Part shown: positions 61,985 to 64,000 of the stretch, in pieces
How the letters are laid out: every line of letters begins with the position of its first letter
Numbering within the stretch: position 1 is the stretch's first letter
Origin: an uncultured Planctomycetaceae bacterium
Lineage (GTDB): Bacteria > Planctomycetota > Planctomycetia > Planctomycetales > Planctomycetaceae
NCBI GenBank assembly: GCA_963813715.1
Contig: CAWFAK010000005.1
Coordinates: 1-64,000 of the forward strand
Direction: 5' to 3'
Length of the DNA: 64,000 nt
The notes under the pieces: generated by a model
What the model was told of the DNA's origin: nothing
Seen by the model: the letters and a program-made list of their open reading frames with translations, nothing else
The model's database searches: none
Made by a program: the position numbers and the translations under genes

Positions 61985-62199
61985 CCGCGAGGGGATTGCC
62001 TGTCGAAGGGTCAACCTTCGCGTATGGCTGAGGCGATGCGACGGATCCTGTCAGGTCTGCACACGTCAATTGGGCGTCGCAGAGACGGGCGAAGCTGTCG
62101 TGCTGGAGACAATCGGAGGTGACGCCGACTATGAGTCGAAACGTCGACGTAGGCGTCAGCTTGCACTCAGAGAAAACGCAGGTCCAGTCACGATCTCGA

Positions 62200-62823
62200 T
62201 CAGATGGTGCCTTTGCGCCGGGGTGCTCGGCTGACCGCTGAGCGGAGCTCGCCGAACAAGCGTACAAGACTGGCAAGCTGGTAGTGCGCGTTCAGGCCGC
62301 TCGGATTCGGCAACAGCCAGACGTGCGCGCCGCCAAATTGAGTCTGTTGCGGTCCGATCGCAGCCGACTTTTGATTGAATACGGCTTGATACGTCGAGAT
62401 TCCCAGGAAGGCCACCCAGTCGGGTCGATGACGACGGACTCTTTTCTCGAGGCGTTTGATGCCGGACGACAAATCCTCCAATGTCAATTCGTCGGCGCGC
62501 GCCGTGGCCCCATCGACAACATTCGTGATGCCGTAGCCGCGGTCGAGTAGAACTTTTTGCTCCGAGGGCGCGAGCAGCCGGTCGGTAAAGCCCGCCCCGT
62601 GGAGCGTCGGCCAAAAGCGATTACCGGGCCGCGCAAAGTGGTGGCCGACCGCCGCTGAATACAGGCTCGGATTGATGCCAACAAACAGGAGCCGCAAGTT
62701 GGGAGCGATGATGTCGGGAATGCTTTTACCATAGGCGACTCGAAGCTGTTCCGGAGTCGGCTGATGCCGCTTCGTTTGCTTAGTCGTCTGCGCGTTCCTT
62801 CGTTTATCACGTTTGGTCTGCAC
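62200..62823 (-). CDS. mug: G/U mismatch-specific DNA glycosylase
   Basis: FVGINPS, GHHFARPGNRFW, GITNVV, LPNPSGLNAH. Confidence 0.92.
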   Translation of the reverse strand: MQTKRDKRRNAQTTKQTKRHQPTPEQLRVAYGKSIPDIIAPNLRLLFVGINPSLYSAAVGHHFARPGNRFWPTLHGAGFTDRLLAPSEQKVLLDRGYGITNVVDGATARADELTLEDLSSGIKRLEKRVRRHRPDWVAFLGISTYQAVFNQKSAAIGPQQTQFGGAHVWLLPNPSGLNAHYQLASLVRLFGELRSAVSRAPRRKGTI

Positions 62824-63154
62824 GGCCTCTGGCCGGCCGGCTGCCGATACTTATCAACTCGGTTCCCTCTCGCGGCCAGCCGCTTTTGAGCACGTCTCAG
62901 CATGCGCGGGCGGCGGTCGCGTCGACAACAGCGATGATCTTGTTAAGAAAACAGATCGTTGCCTCAGCTTCTCGCGGATCACCTTGGCTTTCAAGAGAGC
63001 CGGCGTTCGGAAACGTGGTGACCGCCCTTCGGAAGCCGGACGACGGGTCCCGTTGGCCCCCCCACGATCGCGGCAGGTGCCTTCGCGCACCGCTGCCGCG
63101 TATACTTCTGCATCAGCTGAGCAGAAAGACGGACCGTCGCATCGAGGGGGTTCC

Positions 63155-64000
63155 ATGTCTCTGAGTGAACAAACTGCGTTTCCCGAGCTGACCGCTGCGG
63201 AGATCGCGATTCTCAAGCCGCTCGCGACCGCCCGCGATTACGCGGATGGCGAAACTGTCTTCCGCGCTGGCCAGGCCGACATCGATTTTTTCGTCGTCGA
63301 ATCCGGCCAGATCGACATCCTCAATCCGGCCGACCGCAATCGGGTGATCGTCACGCACGACCCGGGTCAGTTTTCCGGCGACATCGACCTGCTGACCGGG
63401 CGGCCAGTCATTGTGACGGGCGTCGCGCGGGGAAAGTCGCGCGTTTGGTGCATGCCCGGAAGCAACCTCAGGGCCTTGCTCAATCGCGTTCCGAGTCTGG
63501 GCGAAAAGCTGATCATCGCGTTCACGCGCCGACGTGAGCTGTTGTCGCAGTTGGGGGTGCTGGGACTACGTGTCTTCGGCCCGGGCCGGTGCCGCGACAC
63601 GAACACCGTCCGCGAGTTTCTGTACAAGAACTTTGTGCCCTTCACCTGGTTCGATCCCGAAACCGAAGAGGGCCAGCGGGTCTTCAAGGAACTCGGCTCG
63701 CCGAAAAAGACGCCAGTGATCGGTTGCGGCGACGGGCAGATTCTGGTGAATCCCACCTTGATCGAGCTGGCCCGCGCCGCTGGGATTTGGAAATTCTGTC
63801 CCACGCAACAAGTTGATTTCGCCATCATCGGAGCCGGGCCGGCGGGGCTCGCCGCGGCCGTGTACGCCTCGTCGGAGGGACTGTCGACCTTGATGCTCGA
63901 CCGTCTGGGCCCGGGGGGCCAGGCGGGGGGATCGTCGCGAATCGAAAACTTCATCGGCTTTCCCGCGGGACTGAGCGGAGCCGACCTGGCGACTCGCGGC
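63155..64000 (+). CDS. cyclic nucleotide-binding-domain thioredoxin reductase-like FAD oxidoreductase (cut by the window end)
   Basis: Manual translation MSLSEQTAFPEL...FFVVESG...GQFSGD..., then IIGAGPAGLAAAVYASSEG...GGQAGGSSRIEN; RBS gagggg; not in the ORF track because it has no stop in the window. Confidence 0.9.
   Translation, partial: MSLSEQTAFPELTAAEIAILKPLATARDYADGETVFRAGQADIDFFVVESGQIDILNPADRNRVIVTHDPGQFSGDIDLLTGRPVIVTGVARGKSRVWCMPGSNLRALLNRVPSLGEKLIIAFTRRRELLSQLGVLGLRVFGPGRCRDTNTVREFLYKNFVPFTWFDPETEEGQRVFKELGSPKKTPVIGCGDGQILVNPTLIELARAAGIWKFCPTQQVDFAIIGAGPAGLAAAVYASSEGLSTLMLDRLGPGGQAGGSSRIENFIGFPAGLSGADLATRG

Overview
GC-rich bacterial window whose gene families (four eukaryotic-type Ser/Thr kinases, planctomycete-type ECF sigma factors, a BON-like protein) point to Planctomycetota (inference). 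Many genes are split by single-base frameshifts, most likely long-read consensus errors, so several CDS below are stitched from ORF pieces. Layout: (1) 0.6-12.8 kb, three Ser/Thr kinases (WD40, an unusual C-terminal domain, TPR) plus an ECF/anti-sigma pair, separated by three copies of an unexplained ~150-200 bp non-coding element built from a 23-bp quasi-palindromic motif; (2) 13-28 kb, a minus-strand redox/respiration run (quinone oxidoreductase, class I aldolase, cydAB, aldo-keto reductase, BON-like protein, sensorless histidine kinase, Ser/Thr kinase), an NtrC-type regulator divergent from a hybrid histidine kinase, and an ECF sigma; (3) 28.6-52.8 kb, a co-directional run marR-egtB-egtD-disulfide reductase-gnd-zwf-(pgl remnant)-ndh-glgP-histidine phosphatase-pgm-malQ-tal-pgi-rpe-rpiB-tkt-hexose-6-P mutarotase-glgX, ending in a fourth degenerate copy of the repeat element; (4) 53.2-56.2 kb, a recombinase locus (tyrosine-integrase remnant, small ORF, large serine recombinase with tandem C-terminal HTH-like repeats); (5) 56.6-64 kb, MmcQ/YjbR, iorAB-like molybdoenzyme with mocA and xdhC, mug, and a cNMP-thioredoxin reductase cut by the window end. 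The most novel signal is the dispersed repeat element at gene-module junctions; its possible link to the neighbouring recombinase is a hypothesis only.
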